In this document: positions 1 to 13,422 of the stretch, piece by piece
How positions within the stretch are numbered: the stretch's first letter is position 1
Layout: each line of letters starts with the position of its first letter
Assembly (NCBI GenBank): GCA_026770705.1
Contig: JANJGN010000152.1
Span: 1,116,001 to 1,180,000, forward strand
Reading direction: 5' to 3'
DNA: 64,000 bases
DNA from: Isurus oxyrinchus
Lineage: Eukaryota
The notes under the pieces: model-generated
Seen by the model: only the letters and a program-made list of their open reading frames with translations
Told to the model about the DNA's origin: nothing
Databases searched by the model: none
Program-made: the position numbers and the translations under genes

Positions 1-199
1 ATCTTTATTGTGGGCATTTTTTGAAATGTTCCCAATGACAATGAGGACAATTGTCCATCAAGCTGCTTCACACTTTGAATTACAATGTGTAATTGATGAG
101 GGAAATCAATGATATATGTCCAAGGCAGTGACAATAATTATGCCTTTAATATAATAAAATTTTCCAAGGCATTTCACAGAAATATGACAAAGTAACATT

Positions 200-900
200 T
201 GACACTGAGCCACATGAGCCATATTAGGGCAGGTGACCAAAAGCTTTGTCAAAGAGGTAGGTTTTAAGGAGTATTTTAAAGAATAAGAGTGAGGCGTAAA
301 GCTGTGGCCTAGGCAACTGAAAGAACAGTCACTGATGGAGCGATTAAAATCGGGAATGCTCAAGTGGCTGGAGTTAGATCAGTGTAGAGATTCTGGCGAG
401 GGGGTGGCGAGGGCTGTGGCTGGAGGAGAAAACAGAGATCGGGATCATCACAACCATGGAGGAAAACCTGAGAATTTTAATGTTTTGGTGCTTTTAAAAT
501 GAGACTTTGTTGGTCAGTGAGCACAGGGGTGATGTGTGAACAAGACTGAGTGTGAGTAAGCACACGGATAGCAGGGTTTTGGATGACCTCAAGATTCTGA
601 GGGTGGGAGGGTGGAGTTGAATGTTGGAGGCCGGTTGGATATGCATTAGGATAATTTACACCACAGGTAACAAATGAATGGATGACGCTTTCAACAGCAG
701 ATAAACTGAGACTAGGGCGGAGTCGGGTGATGTTACTGAGGTGGAAATAGGTGGTTTTCGTGTTGATGTGGATATGTGGCTGTAAGCTCATCTCGCAATT
801 GTGAACTGTGTGTTTCAGCCTCAGGCAGTTGCCAAGGAGAGGGAGAGAGTCAGTGGTTAGGGAGTGGAATTTGTAGTAGGCACTGAAGGCAATAATGTGA
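200..900 (-). mobile_element. L2-clade LINE ORF2 3' fragment (decayed)
   Basis: Minus ORF 477-791 (LQPHIHINTKTTYFHLSNITRLRPSLS...LEVIQNPAIRVLT...HITPVL) resembles the L2 RT C-terminal region; paralogous copies at ~6600-7150 and ~11150-12290. Confidence 0.75.
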
Positions 901-1697
901 GCATTGGTGGCTCGGCCAGCATTTATTGCCTATCCCTAATTGCCCTTGAGAAGATGGTGGTGAGCTGCCTTCTTGAACCACTGCAGTCCATATGGTGTAT
1001 GTACACCCACAGTGCTGTTAGGAAAGGAGTTCCAGGATTTTGACCCAGGAATATTTATGTGGAGGAGATTTCTGCTCATCCAGTGCTGGATGTCAGACAA
1101 ATCTGCACGGTGTGTGACTCAGATTTTTAAAAATTCATTTATGGAAGTTGCAGGCTGGGCCAGCATTTGTTGCCCATCCCTAATTGCCCTTGAGAAAGTG
1201 GGAGTGAGCCATCTCCTTGAACCGCTGCAGACCATGGAGGGAAGCTTGGAGGTGATGGTGTTCACATACACCTCTCCCCTCATTCTTTTATTTAGTGGAG
1301 GTTGAGGATTTTAGAGATTCTGTCAAAGTTCTAGTCGAGCTGTAGATATATAAAATCCCTCTCTTTCACTCTCTGCCTCCCCTTTGTTTCAGTGGCAGGT
1401 TTCCTTCCCTGAAGGACATTAGTGAACCAGTTGGGTTGTTATGACAATCCAGCAGCTTTTATGATCACTTTTGCTAGTGTCAGCTCCACAAATTACCAGA
1501 TTCATTTATCTCAATTTCACAACTTGTCTTTGTGTTTTTGTGGGTTCTCTCTCACTCCCTTTTTTCCTGTTTTAAATCAACTTCACAGAGTATTAGAGGG
1601 GGAGGATTTGCAGTTTGGAAACTCAAAGCAAATATCACATCAGGATCTGATGGAGCCACTCAATTTATCGTAACCTGAATGTCATCAGATTTTGAAC

Positions 1698-2370
1698 ATG
1701 GAAGGAAAAAGCCCCGTTTACAGTGGAGAGAAATAGTGGAAATGTGGGCAATGTGAGGAGAGGTTCAGTTATCTGTCTGAGCTGGAAGCTCATCGACGCA
1801 TTCACACTGGGGAGAGGCTGTTCACCTGCTCCGAATTTGGAAAGGGATTCACTCGGCGATCTGACCTGCTGACACACCAGCGGGTTCACACAGTGGGGGA
1901 GACCTTTCAAATGTCCAGATTGTGGGAAATATTACAGAAGTTCTGGGGACCTGATGTACCATCAGTGTTCATACTGATGAGAGACCATTCAGGTGCTCTC
2001 ACTGTGGTACTGCGTTCAGGGGATCATTTCAACTCACTGTACACCAGCAAATTCAGTGGTGAGAGACCGTTCACCTGCTATGTGTGTGGGAAGGGATTCA
2101 CTCCATTCTCTCATGTGCTGAGACATGAGAGAGTTCATACTGGGGAGAGACCTTTTAAATGTCCAGACTGAGAAGTCCTATAAAAGCTCTGGGGAACTGA
2201 TGTCCCATCAACGTGTTCACACTGATGAGAGACCATTCAGCTGCTCTCACTGCAGGACCGAGTTCATTCGATCGTCTGAACTAACCATACATCAGTGGAT
2301 TCACACTGGTGAGAGGCCATTCAGGTGCTCCTACTGTGGAACTGGGTTCAAGCACTCATCTCAACTCACT
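1698..2370 (+). pseudogene. C2H2 zinc-finger gene, pseudogene copy 1
   Basis: Starts ATGGAAGGAAAA like the intact paralog; HTGERP/HTDERP linkers; in-frame TAG at 1734-1736, frameshifts, and truncation by a CR1-like fragment at ~2370. Confidence 0.9.
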
Positions 2371-3399
2371 TTATCTACCTCATGTAAACCTGTCATAAAC
2401 TTGTACCTCTCTATAAATGTCCCCTCAATCTCATTTGCTCCAAGGAGAGCAATTCCAGTTTCTCCAACCTAACATTGCAACTTAAATTCCTCATCCCTGG
2501 AACCATCCTAGTAAACCTTCTCTGCCCCCTCCCAAGGACCCTCACATCCTTCATAATGTGTGGTGATCACTAGTTTGCACAGACCCAGATGTCCTGTGTT
2601 CGTGTCTGTGATGTCATCACGCACTGACAATTGCTCAGTGACATCACTCCGCTCCCCGGGTATTTCCTCAACTGGGAGATTTTTCTCTGACTCCAGTGCT
2701 TCTGATATAGTTCCAGCTGCAGGCTCCAGCAGGAGATTTTAATCTTGACAACCAAAATTGTTTCACTTGTCGGCTTAGTTAACCATTCATCTAGAATTTA
2801 GAGCTTTTAGTGCTACGCTGTGTTGTCTGTAAGGGGTTCCATGGCTCTTCCATCTAATCCATGTCCTTCCACTGCCCTGTTTCACCTCTGTCCTCCCTGA
2901 TCACCTCTTTGCTGTTGTCTAACTTCCTCTGTCTCTGGGTGTATTTAAGCTGTGTTTAGTATTTTACTGTTACTTCTGCAACTGTGTCTAAATGAGGTTT
3001 CCACCATTCTTCATCCCTTGACCTTGTGCTGCTGACTTACCAGTTTTATCTTCCTACAGCATCTTACAGTCAGGAATTGTTTTTTTGGTGCTATTGTAAA
3101 TTTCTCTCATGTTTCAGAACTTATATTAACCATCAAATTCTGCATCATTGTAATTCCGTGTAATTTATTTTGCACAGTCTGAATTGTTAATCTTGTTTCT
3201 CTCTTCATACATTTCAGCAGATATTACCAATCCCCAGTTACCTGTGGAGAAGATGATGTTTGACCTTCTTGAATCGCTGTAGTCCGTGTGGTGGAAGGTG
3301 CTCCCACAATGCTCTTAGGTAAGGAGTTACAGGTTATTCACCAGTGATGATGAAGGAACGGTGATATATGTCCAAGTCAATGACAAAAGTGTGATATAA

Positions 3400-4200
3400 A
3401 TACAAATTAATGTAATACTTGTTTTACTCTTTCAAACTTGATATAAGTTTGCCCATGCTGTTTTCTCATATTCCTAAATTTCTGCCTGTATGCCTCAGGA
3501 ACCAACTCATATGCACTCAAAATAGTCTTTTTTACCACATCATAATTCACCGACATTTTTGATAGCGAAGCACATACCTCATGTGTTCTACACACCAACC
3601 TGGATTGTAACAGCAATGTCCACTTCTCCTTGACCATTTCACCAGTTTAGCTATCTTCTCAAATGAAATAAAGAATGCTTCAATATATTTTTCCTCAAAC
3701 TTTGGAAGAACTTGTACAATTTAAACATCTCCCCACTGGGTTTTAGGTTACAGATTTTTTTCCTCATCAGAACTTTCCTCAGAATCTGAGGTCTCTTTTT
3801 AAACTTGCAGCCTTTTAAGCCAATGTTCTCTGTCTCTTTCCTTAGTTCACTCTTTCATTGCTAACTTTTCCGTCTGGAGATCAAGTTTTTGCATTTCTAT
3901 TTCTTTTTGAAATAATCTGTCTTTTTCCCTTTCTTTTTCTGCTGCCTCTAGTTCCAATTTTTTTTCAAGTTCAAGGTTCTTCAGTGCAAACTGAAGTTGC
4001 AACACCTCTCTCTGTGACTCACTAATGCCAGGTGTCACTTCCAACTTCAAATGCTGTGCTATCACTTCAACTATATCTGCTTTCCTAGCCCCCACCGGTA
4101 ACCCCAATTGCAAGTTATCTACCAACTCTGTTAACTTATTCTTGGATACTTTCTGTAACCCAGTCAGAGTTATATCTTCTACTTCCATAAAGATTTAGCC
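3400..4200 (-). mobile_element. Gmr1-like (Ty3/gypsy) gag remnant with SCAN-related capsid region
   Basis: Minus ORFs 3847-4188 (coiled-coil-like) and 3407-3637 (YDVVKKTILSAYELVPEAYRQKFRNMRK...TYIKF), motifs typical of Gmr1-like Gag; frameshifted, no pol recognised. Confidence 0.75.
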
Positions 4201-4337
4201 ATGGTTACAGACATTTTTGCAGTCTCATCATTTCCAAAATACCTCACACCCATTCCTGAATTCAAAGTGCTTCTCGTACTCGTAATCTAAAAATCACCAA
4301 TCAGAAAAATCAAGGATTTACAAATATATCCCTCAAA

Positions 4338-6594
4338 GAGCCCCCAATTATTATGACACAGCCAATGGTAAATGCTGAGTTGTTCAAATCCCAGAGGGAA
4401 ACTTGAAACAACTGCCATAACCCATTTATGCAATTTGTATGTTTCGAGATGCAGAATTTGAATTCAGTAGTGATAAGACCACAGAGTCTGAAGAGGTTTT
4501 TTATAAAACTAAATTAAACACTTATTAATACAAGAAAGATAGTAAGCACATACATATGTCTACAAAATTACTACTATAATAACTACAAAAATCTCATAAT
4601 TTATCATTGTCAGTTACACCCCAGTTAAGTCAACAGTAAAATACAGATTTAAACAGATCCCTGGCAAAGCACTCCCTGGACAGTCACATTCAATATGAAA
4701 CAAAAATAGAATTACCTGGAAAAACTCAGCAGGTCTGGCAGCATCGGCGGAGAAGAAAAGAGTTGACGTTTCGAGTCCTCATGACCCTTCGACAGAACTA
4801 GGTGAATCCCAGGGTGGGTTGAAATATAAGCTGGTTTAAGGTGGTGGTGGTGGGGGGTAGTTGGGTGGGGGGAGAGAAGTGGAGGGGGGTGGTGTGGTTG
4901 TAGGCAAAAGCAGTGGTAGAAGCAGATCATCAAAAGATGTCACAGATGGCAGAACAAAAGAACACATAGGTGTCGAAGTTGGTGATATTATCTGAACAAA
5001 TGTGCTAATTAAGAATGGATGGTAGGGCACTCAAGGTACAGCTCTAGTGGGGGTGGGGGGAGCATAAAAGATTTTAAAATATTTAAAAATAATGGAAATA
5101 GGAGAGAAAAAGAAAAATCTATATAATTTATTGGAAAAAATCAAAAGGAAGGGGGAAGAAACAGAAGGGGGTGGGGATGGAGGAGGGAGGTCAAGACCTA
5201 AAGTTGTTGAATTCAATATTCAGTCCGGAAGGCTAAGTGCCCTAGTTGGAAGATGAGGTATTATTCCTCCAGTTTGCGTTGGGCTTCACTGGAACAATGC
5301 AGCAAGCCAAGGACAGACATGTGGGGAAGAGAACAGGGTGGAGTGTTGAAATGGCAAGCGACAGGGAGGTTTGGGTCATTCTTGCGGACAGACTGCAGGT
5401 GTTCTGCAAAGCGGTTGCCCAGTTTACGTTTGGTCTCTACAATGTAGAGGAGACCACATTGGGAGCAATGAATGCAGTAGACTAAGTTGGGGGAAATGCA
5501 AGTGAAATGTTGCTTCACTTGAAAGGAGTGTTTGGGCCCTTGGACGGTGAGGAGAGAGGAAGTGAAGGGGCAGGTATTACATCTTTTGTGTGGGCATGGG
5601 GAATGCCATAGTTGGGGGTTGGGGAGTAGGGGGTGATGGAGGAGTGGACCAGGGTGTCCCAGAGGGAACGATCCCTACGGAATGGCGACAGTGGGGGTGA
5701 AGGGAAGATGTGTTTGGTAGTGGCATCATGCTGGAGTTGGCGGAAATGGCGGAGGATGATCCTTTGAATGCGGAGGCTGGTGGGGTGAGTCCTCCCCCCA
5801 CACACACACCTTAAGCCAGCTTATATTTCAACTCTTTCTTGGACTCAAACTCAAGTTCTGTTGAAGGGTCATGAGGACTCGAAAAGTCAACTCTTTTTTT
5901 CTCCGCCGCTGCTGCCAGACCTGCTGAGTTTTTCCAGGTAATTCTGTTTTTGTTTTTGTTTTGGATTTCCAGCATCCGCAGTTTTTTTGTTTTTATATTT
6001 CAACCCTCCCTGGGATTCACCTAGTTCTGTCGAAGGGTCATGAGGACTCTTTTCTTCTCCGCCGATGCTGCCAGACCTGCTGAGTTTTTCCAGGTAATTC
6101 TGTTTTTGTTTAGCACTGGTCCTTGCAGACAGGCTTAGAGGCTGGAGGCTTTGGATCTTAGAATCCCTCCTTTTTTACCAACAGCCTTCTCTTCCTTTAT
6201 ATATATATATATATTCCCCTTTGAGTGCAAATTTGCATTGTCACTCAGTTTTTTTAACTTTAAACCTACTAACAATGAAACCCTTTCATAATACTCACTT
6301 TACTAGTAAACTTTAAAAAAAATAAAGACATTGTTTCTGAGCTTCACCTGGTTAGATGTAATATTTCACCTCTTTTGAAATGTCTACTTAAAAACGCAAA
6401 TTAGCCCCTTTACCTCTCACCTTTTATGTTTATCTAATTACCATTTCAAACCAACTTATCTTCTATACATCAAAACCTCTAGATCAGCTGGCTTTAATCC
6501 AATTAAGACACACACATTTAGACACAGACACCACTAAACTCTATTTTTAAATAATTTCCAATAACGTTATAGGCATTATTATATCATCTTGACA
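4338..6594 (-). mobile_element. 5' LTR plus tRNA-Pro-type primer binding site of the gypsy remnant (LTR split by a Penelope-like insertion)
   Basis: On the minus strand the LTR starts TGTCAAGA at 6594 and ends ...TCATAATA at 4349, followed by TGGGGGCTC (4346-4338), complementary to the tRNA-Pro 3' end; lies just upstream of gag. Confidence 0.55.
4697..6110 (-). mobile_element. Truncated Penelope-like element (GIY-YIG end + pLTR) with inverted, tandem pLTR pieces
   Basis: ORF 5261-5518 NLVYCIHCSQCGLLYIVETKRKLGNRFAEHL; minus pLTR ~4697-5190; two plus-strand pLTR pieces 5790-6110; hammerhead motif at 4761-4799. Confidence 0.85.
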
Positions 6595-6599
6595 GTGGG

Positions 6600-7150
6600 T
6601 GGAGTTGACTACAGAGATAGGGATGATCGCAGCCAGGGAGGAAAACAAGGATGAGAATTTTTAAATTTTGCTGCTTCTTAACCGGGAACCTTTGTAAATC
6701 ATTGAGTAAAGGGGTGAACGGTGAACGAGACTTGATGCGAGTAAACACACGAGCAGCAGAGTTTTAGATGACCTCAAGATCACAGGGAGGTTGAATGTGG
6801 AAGGCCGAGGGGAGTGTGTTAGGATAGTTAAGTCTAGAGGTAACAAAGGAATGGATGACGGTTTCAGCAGAGGATGAACTGAGACGAGGGTGGAGTTGGA
6901 CGATATTACTGAGGTGGAAATCGGCGGTCTTGGTGATGATGTGGATGTGCTTGGAAGCTCATCTTTGGGTGAAATATTTTTCCATGGTTGTGAAAAGCCT
7001 GGTTCAGCCTCAGGCAGTTACCAGGAAGACGGATGGAGTCGGTGGCTGGTAGTGGAGTTTGTAGTGGGGACAGAAGAAAATGGCTTCAGGCTTCCCAATA
7101 CTTAAATGGAGAAAATTTCAGCTCATCCAGCACTGGATGTCGTACAAGTC
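6600..7150 (-). mobile_element. L2 LINE fragment, part of the duplicated ZNF unit
   Basis: Aligns by eye to 400-900 and 11400-12290. Confidence 0.7.
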
Positions 7151-7510
7151 AGGACAGTGTGTGACTTGGAGGGGAACTTGGAGGTGATGGTTTTCACATA
7201 CACCAGCTACCCTGGTCCTTCTAGGTGGTGGCGGTTGAAGGTTTTGGACATTCTCACACAGTTCGAGTCAAGCTGTATAGATATAAAATCGCTCTCCTTT
7301 ACCCTATGTTTTCTTTCTTTATTTCTCTCTCTCTTTTCATTCAGTTCTATTTCCCAACCTGCCTTTGTGTTTTTGTGGGTTCCCTCTCACTCCCTTTTCT
7401 GTTTTAAATCAGTTTCACAGGATATTAGAAGGGGAGGATTTGCAGTCAGAAAACAGCATTTAAAGGAGTTGCCCAATATATTGTAAACTGAATAGCACAG
7501 CATCTTGAAC

Positions 7511-8630
<1,120 letters not shown>

Positions 8631-9329
8631 GTAATTGGATTTTTCTGGTAATCGCATCCAGGACTGAACCATGTTCATTGGGGTCTGTTTCTACTGATGT
8701 TAGTAAACTCCAGGCCTGTTATAGGTGTTAATGTTCTGGATATAATAAAAATAAATCAGCTTGGTGTTAAACACACAGTGTGCCGAGTCTTCTTAATATC
8801 TATAACACAGGTTAAGTGCACTCCCTCTCCCGTCTCCTCTGTACTCACCTCCAACCCACCAAGGCTCCTTAGACAGCATCTTCCAAACCCACGACCACAA
8901 CCATCTAGAAGGACAAGGGCAGCACACACCAATGGCCACTCCATCCTCCTCCAATGCCTCTCCATTGGTGTCCAGCTGGGTGGGACTGCACGGTCCTGAT
9001 TCCTTTCTTATCGACTAGTAGCCAGAGAATCTCTTGCAGTAGCTGTAATTATTTGAGTTACACTGTTAAAAAGTCACTCGATAGGTGATCAGGTATCACT
9101 GCCCTTTGATATACAAATGTTCCATTATCACGCTCACAGCGACTATTTTACAGGCAAGTCCTTACCACATCAGCCTTCCTGGATAGATCAACAGAGAAAT
9201 GCGAAGACGTTATAGTCCACAGGCCAAAATCATAGTGGTAAAAACATTTGATAATTCCCATTAAAATATATAGCACAGCAGAATAACTGTGCATTGGTCT
9301 GTTACAAACTTATTGAAACAGATTCATTG

Positions 9330-10110
9330 CCACCTCCTCCCTTTCCACATTCCAGGTCCCCAAACACACTTTCCCGGTGACACAGTAATTTACTTGTACT
9401 ATTTACAATTTAGTATTCTGTATTCACTGCTCACGATGTGGTCTCCTCTACACTGTGGAGACTAAATCCAGATTAGGTGACTGCTTCATGTAAAATCACC
9501 ATTCACTTTGCAAGTGTGATCCTGAGCTTCTTCTCATTTACTATTTTAATTCTCAGCCTCACTTCAAAGTCTGACCTCTTAGCCCTCACTGTACTGTCGC
9601 TTGAAGCCCAACAGAAGCTCGAGGAACAGCAGCTCGTCTTTGATTAGTCACTTTACAACCTTCCAGACTCAGTGGTAATTTTAATAATTTCATATTATAA
9701 TCATCACTCCCATTTTTAGGACAGTAGATGCTGGTAATGATTCTGCTGTTACCATTTATCCCTCCTCTGAACCTGTCTTATTTGTTTACTTGTCACGTTA
9801 GTTTCTTTAATTGTCTGGTCACCCAATGTTGCCTTGCACCATTGTCCCCTTTATCATTTACTCTCTCCAGCCTTCCATCCTGTCACAAGACCGTTTGTTG
9901 TTTCCATCTGTCTGCCCATGTTTTCTCTGACTCTGGACTTGTTTATAAACTGTTAAATCTGGGAAATTTTCCAGTTTGGATAAAAGTTCAGCGACGTGAA
10001 ACATTCACTGTGAATGATGCTGTTTGACCTGCTGAGTGTTTCCAACATTTTCTGTTTTGAGGTCGGATTTGCGGCATCTGCAGTATCTTGTTTTTGGGTC
10101 ACTGTGGATC
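9330..10110 (+). mobile_element. Old, diverged Penelope-like 3' fragment (GIY-YIG end + pLTR)
   Basis: Similar to 18355-18740 (e.g. tgtggtctcctctacactgtggagactaaa, gaggaacagcagctcgtctt), followed by a decayed gacctgctgagtgtttccaacattttctg tail. Confidence 0.7.
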
Positions 10111-10248
10111 AGTTTTCCTCACTTATCGTTACCTGTTTAAAGGTGAAGAAGGAGCTTTTAAAGATTGAAACAACAGTAACTGTCACCCTGTTCAACATGA
10201 AACTAAACTCACTGTTAATTCCTCATCAGTAACAATGTTAAACACAAA

Positions 10249-10300
10249 GTTTCCAGCCGGGATTGAACCGGGGACTTTCTCGTGTAAAGTAAACGTGAGA
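10249..10300 (-). pseudogene. tRNA-Val 3' fragment (TAC-like)
   Basis: Reverse complement TCACGTTTACTTTACACGAGAAAGTCCCCGGTTCAATCCCGGCTGGAAAC matches the tRNA-Val anticodon/T/acceptor portion; 5' part missing. Confidence 0.65.
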
Positions 10301-10429
10301 ATCCCCCCCGGACAGAGGGGAACTGACCATCCATCTCCAGCTCTAATTCCCAAACAGAAAATGCTGCCAAGAATCAGCAAGTCAGACTGAGTCTGTGGCC
10401 GCTCTCAGCTTTAAAACCGTCACAATGCC

Positions 10430-10750
10430 CAGGTGATTGACGGCAGCTCCGGACCAATAGGAAGAGGGGGCGGGACTGGATGACCGAGTGTCCGGTCTGG
10501 TCCTCCATCCAATCGGAGTGAATACGGGGGCGGGACCGGGATGTGACTGAAGCATGCGCAGTGCGGGTAATGGCGATGGAGAGACGGGTCCACAATGGGT
10601 AAACGGGGGGATGGCGGGGCGGAGGGAGCGATGGATCCGGCGGGTGGACGGAGAGGCTCCGGAAACATGTTGTGTAAAACGCAAACCCCGGAAATAAATT
10701 GACCGGTCCCCCTCCCCCGTTTACACCGAGCGGGGCCGCAACTCCCAGAT
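10430..10750 (+). promoter_or_regulatory. CpG-rich promoter-like module, probably for the ZNF gene at 13423
   Basis: Two CCAAT + GGGGCGGG pairs (10454/10467 and 10509/10527), NRF1-like GCATGCGCA (10552), ETS-like CCGGAA cores, CpG-rich in a CpG-poor background. Confidence 0.6.
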
Positions 10751-11149
10751 CAATGAAGAGCCGGTTTGTATCAGGCTGGGCATTGGTTCCAGAGGTTGGT
10801 CCCTGGTCTCCAGTGTCCGTTCTTTATCATTGATTCATTGAATGTTTACAATACAGACGGAGGCCATTCAGCCCGTCCTGTCTGTGCAGGCTCTCTGCAA
10901 GCGCAAATCAGCTAGTCTCACTCCCCTGCCCAGGACCACAGGACCAACAGCAGATATTACCTATTCCCAGTTACCTGTGGAGAAGATAATGTTTGACCTT
11001 CTTGAACGGCTGCAGTCCATGTGGTGAAGGTGCTCCCACAATGATGTTAGGTAAGGAGTTACAGTGATGATGAAGGAACAGCGATATATGTCCAAATCAA
11101 CAACAATGTGTGTTCAAATAGCACATTTCATGTAATAGACCTTTCCAGG

Positions 11150-12290
11150 TTTAACAGATGTGCTAAAAAGCAACATTTGACACAGAATCATGTAAAGAGG
11201 TAAGAGGGCAGATGGCCAAAAGTTTGATCAAAGATGTTTTTAAGGAGAATCTTGAACGAGGAAAGAAAGAAAGAGAGCAGAGAGTTTTATGGTGGAAATT
11301 CCAGTGCTTATGGCCTTTGAGCTCAGATGTGGATACTAAGGATGAAGCGATTAAAATCAGGAATGCTCAGGAAGCCGGAATGAGCAGAGTGCAGAGACCT
11401 GGGTGGGTTGTGAGGCTGGAGGAGATTACAGAGATAGGGAGGGGTGAGACCATGGAGGGACCTGAAAACAAGGATGAGAAATTTAAAATGTTGGTGCTTC
11501 TTAAACAGGAACTTTCATAGGTCAGTGAGCACAGGGGTGATGGGTGAATAAGACTGGGTGCGAGTAATTATACGGGCAGCCGTGTTTTGGATGACCTAAA
11601 GATTATTGGGAGGTTGAATGTGGGAAACCGGCCAGAAGTGCATTAGGAAGGAACATAAGAAATAAGAGCAGCAACAGGCCATTCAGCCCTTGGAGCCCTT
11701 CTGCCATTCAATGAGATCACGGCTGATCTTCTACTTCAACACCATTTTCTGGCACTATCCCATAATTCCCAATGTTTTTTATATGTAGTAATCTATCGAT
11801 CTCAGTATTGAACATTCTCAACAACTGAGCCTCCACAGCCCTGTGGGGCAGAGAATTCCAAAGATGCACCATCCTCTGAGTGAAGAAATTCCTCCTCACC
11901 TCAGTTCCGTATAGCCTGCCCCTTATTCTGAGACTGTGTCCCCTGAATCTAGAACCTCCAGCCAGAGTTAAGCCTAGAAATAACAAAGGAATGGATGACA
12001 GTTTCAGATGAGTTGAGACTGGAGTGGAGTCGGGTGATGTTACTGAGGTGGAAACAGGCGGTCTTGATAATGATGTGGATATGTGGTTGGAAGCTCATCT
12101 TGGGGTGTTTCGCCACGGCTTTGAACAGTCTGTTTCGTCCTCAGAGAGTTGTCAGGGAGAGGGATGGAGCCATTGGCTAGGGAGTGAAGTTTGTATTGGG
12201 GACTGAAGACAATGACTTTCATCTTCCCAATATTTGAATGAAGGAACTTTCTGCTCATCCAGTCCTGGATATCAGACAAGTCAGAACAGT
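11150..12290 (-). mobile_element. L2 LINE fragment interrupted by a CR1 3' end (~11650-11965)
   Basis: ORF 12040-12279 (SDIQDWMSRKFLHSNIGKMKVIVF) is L2-like; ORF 11717-11986 (RGHSLRIRG...RRNFFTQRMVHLWNSLP) is the CR1 RT tail. Confidence 0.75.
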
Positions 12291-12744
12291 GTGTGAGTTG
12301 GAGGTGATGGTGTTCACATACACCTGCTATGCTGGTCCTTCTAGATGGTGGGGGTTGACGGTTTGGGAGATTCTATCAAATTGTGGTTCAGTTGTCAGTC
12401 TCTAAAATGCCCCGGTCTCTCTTCTGTCTCTCCTGTGTTCTTCTATTTCTCTCATTCTTTCTCTATCCTATTTCTCTCATTCTTTCTCTCTGTGTCTCTC
12501 CCACTTCTCTCTCTCTTTTTCTCTTGTCACATAGAATTCTCCATCCCGGAGGGCTCTGGATGCTCCATCTTTAAATATATTTAAGGCTGAGATGGAGAGA
12601 TTTTTGGTTTCTTAGGCATTCGAGGGAAATGGGGAGCATGTGGGAAAGTGGTGTTAAAGACCAAGATCAACCACAATCATGTTGAATGGCGGAGCAGGCT
12701 CATTGAGGCTTATGGTCTACTCCTGCTCCTATTTCTTTTTCTTT

Positions 12745-13080
12745 ATTCATTGGATGTGGGTGTCATTGGCTCGCCTAGCATTTATTGCCCATCCCTTGTT
12801 CAGAGGGCATTGAGGAGTCAACTGCATTGAGTGTGGAGTCACATATAGGCCAGACCAGGCAAGGAAAGCAGATTTCCTTCCCTAAAGGGCATTAGTGAAC
12901 CAGATGGGTTTTTACGACAAACAACAATGGTTTCATGGTCATTATTAGACTTTTAATTCCAGATTTTTATTCAATTCAAATTTCATCATCTGCTGTGGTA
13001 GCATTCAAACCCGGATCCTCAGAGCATTACCTGGGTCGCTGGATTACCAGTCCAGTGACAAAACCACTATGTCACCGCCT
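12745..13080 (-). mobile_element. tRNA-derived SINE with CR1-type 3' tail
   Basis: Minus strand has A/B-box-like head (ggcggtgacatagtggt...ccgggtttgaatgc), central ctggttcactaatgccctttagggaaggaaatctg and tail gatgggcaataaatgc; related copy at ~45300-45485 (+). Confidence 0.65.
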
Positions 13081-13422
13081 TCCCTTAGTGTTCTCATAGA
13101 GGCCAGAATCTTGTGGAGCCCAGACTGGAGGCAGGTTCCCATCCCTGAAGGACATTAATGAACCAGTTGGGTTTTTACAAAAAATCCAACAACTTTCATG
13201 GTAATTTTTTCCTAGTTCTGGCCCCAAAATTACCAGAATCATTAAGTTCAATTTCACAACCTGCCTTTGTGTTTCTGTGGGTTCTCTCTCACTCCCTTTT
13301 TTCTGTTTTAAATCAATTTCACAGGGAGAATTTTTCAGTCAGGAAACTCAAACCAAACATCACATCAGAATCTGAGAGAGTCGCCCAAGTTATTGAAACC
13401 TGAATATCATCGGATTTTGAAC

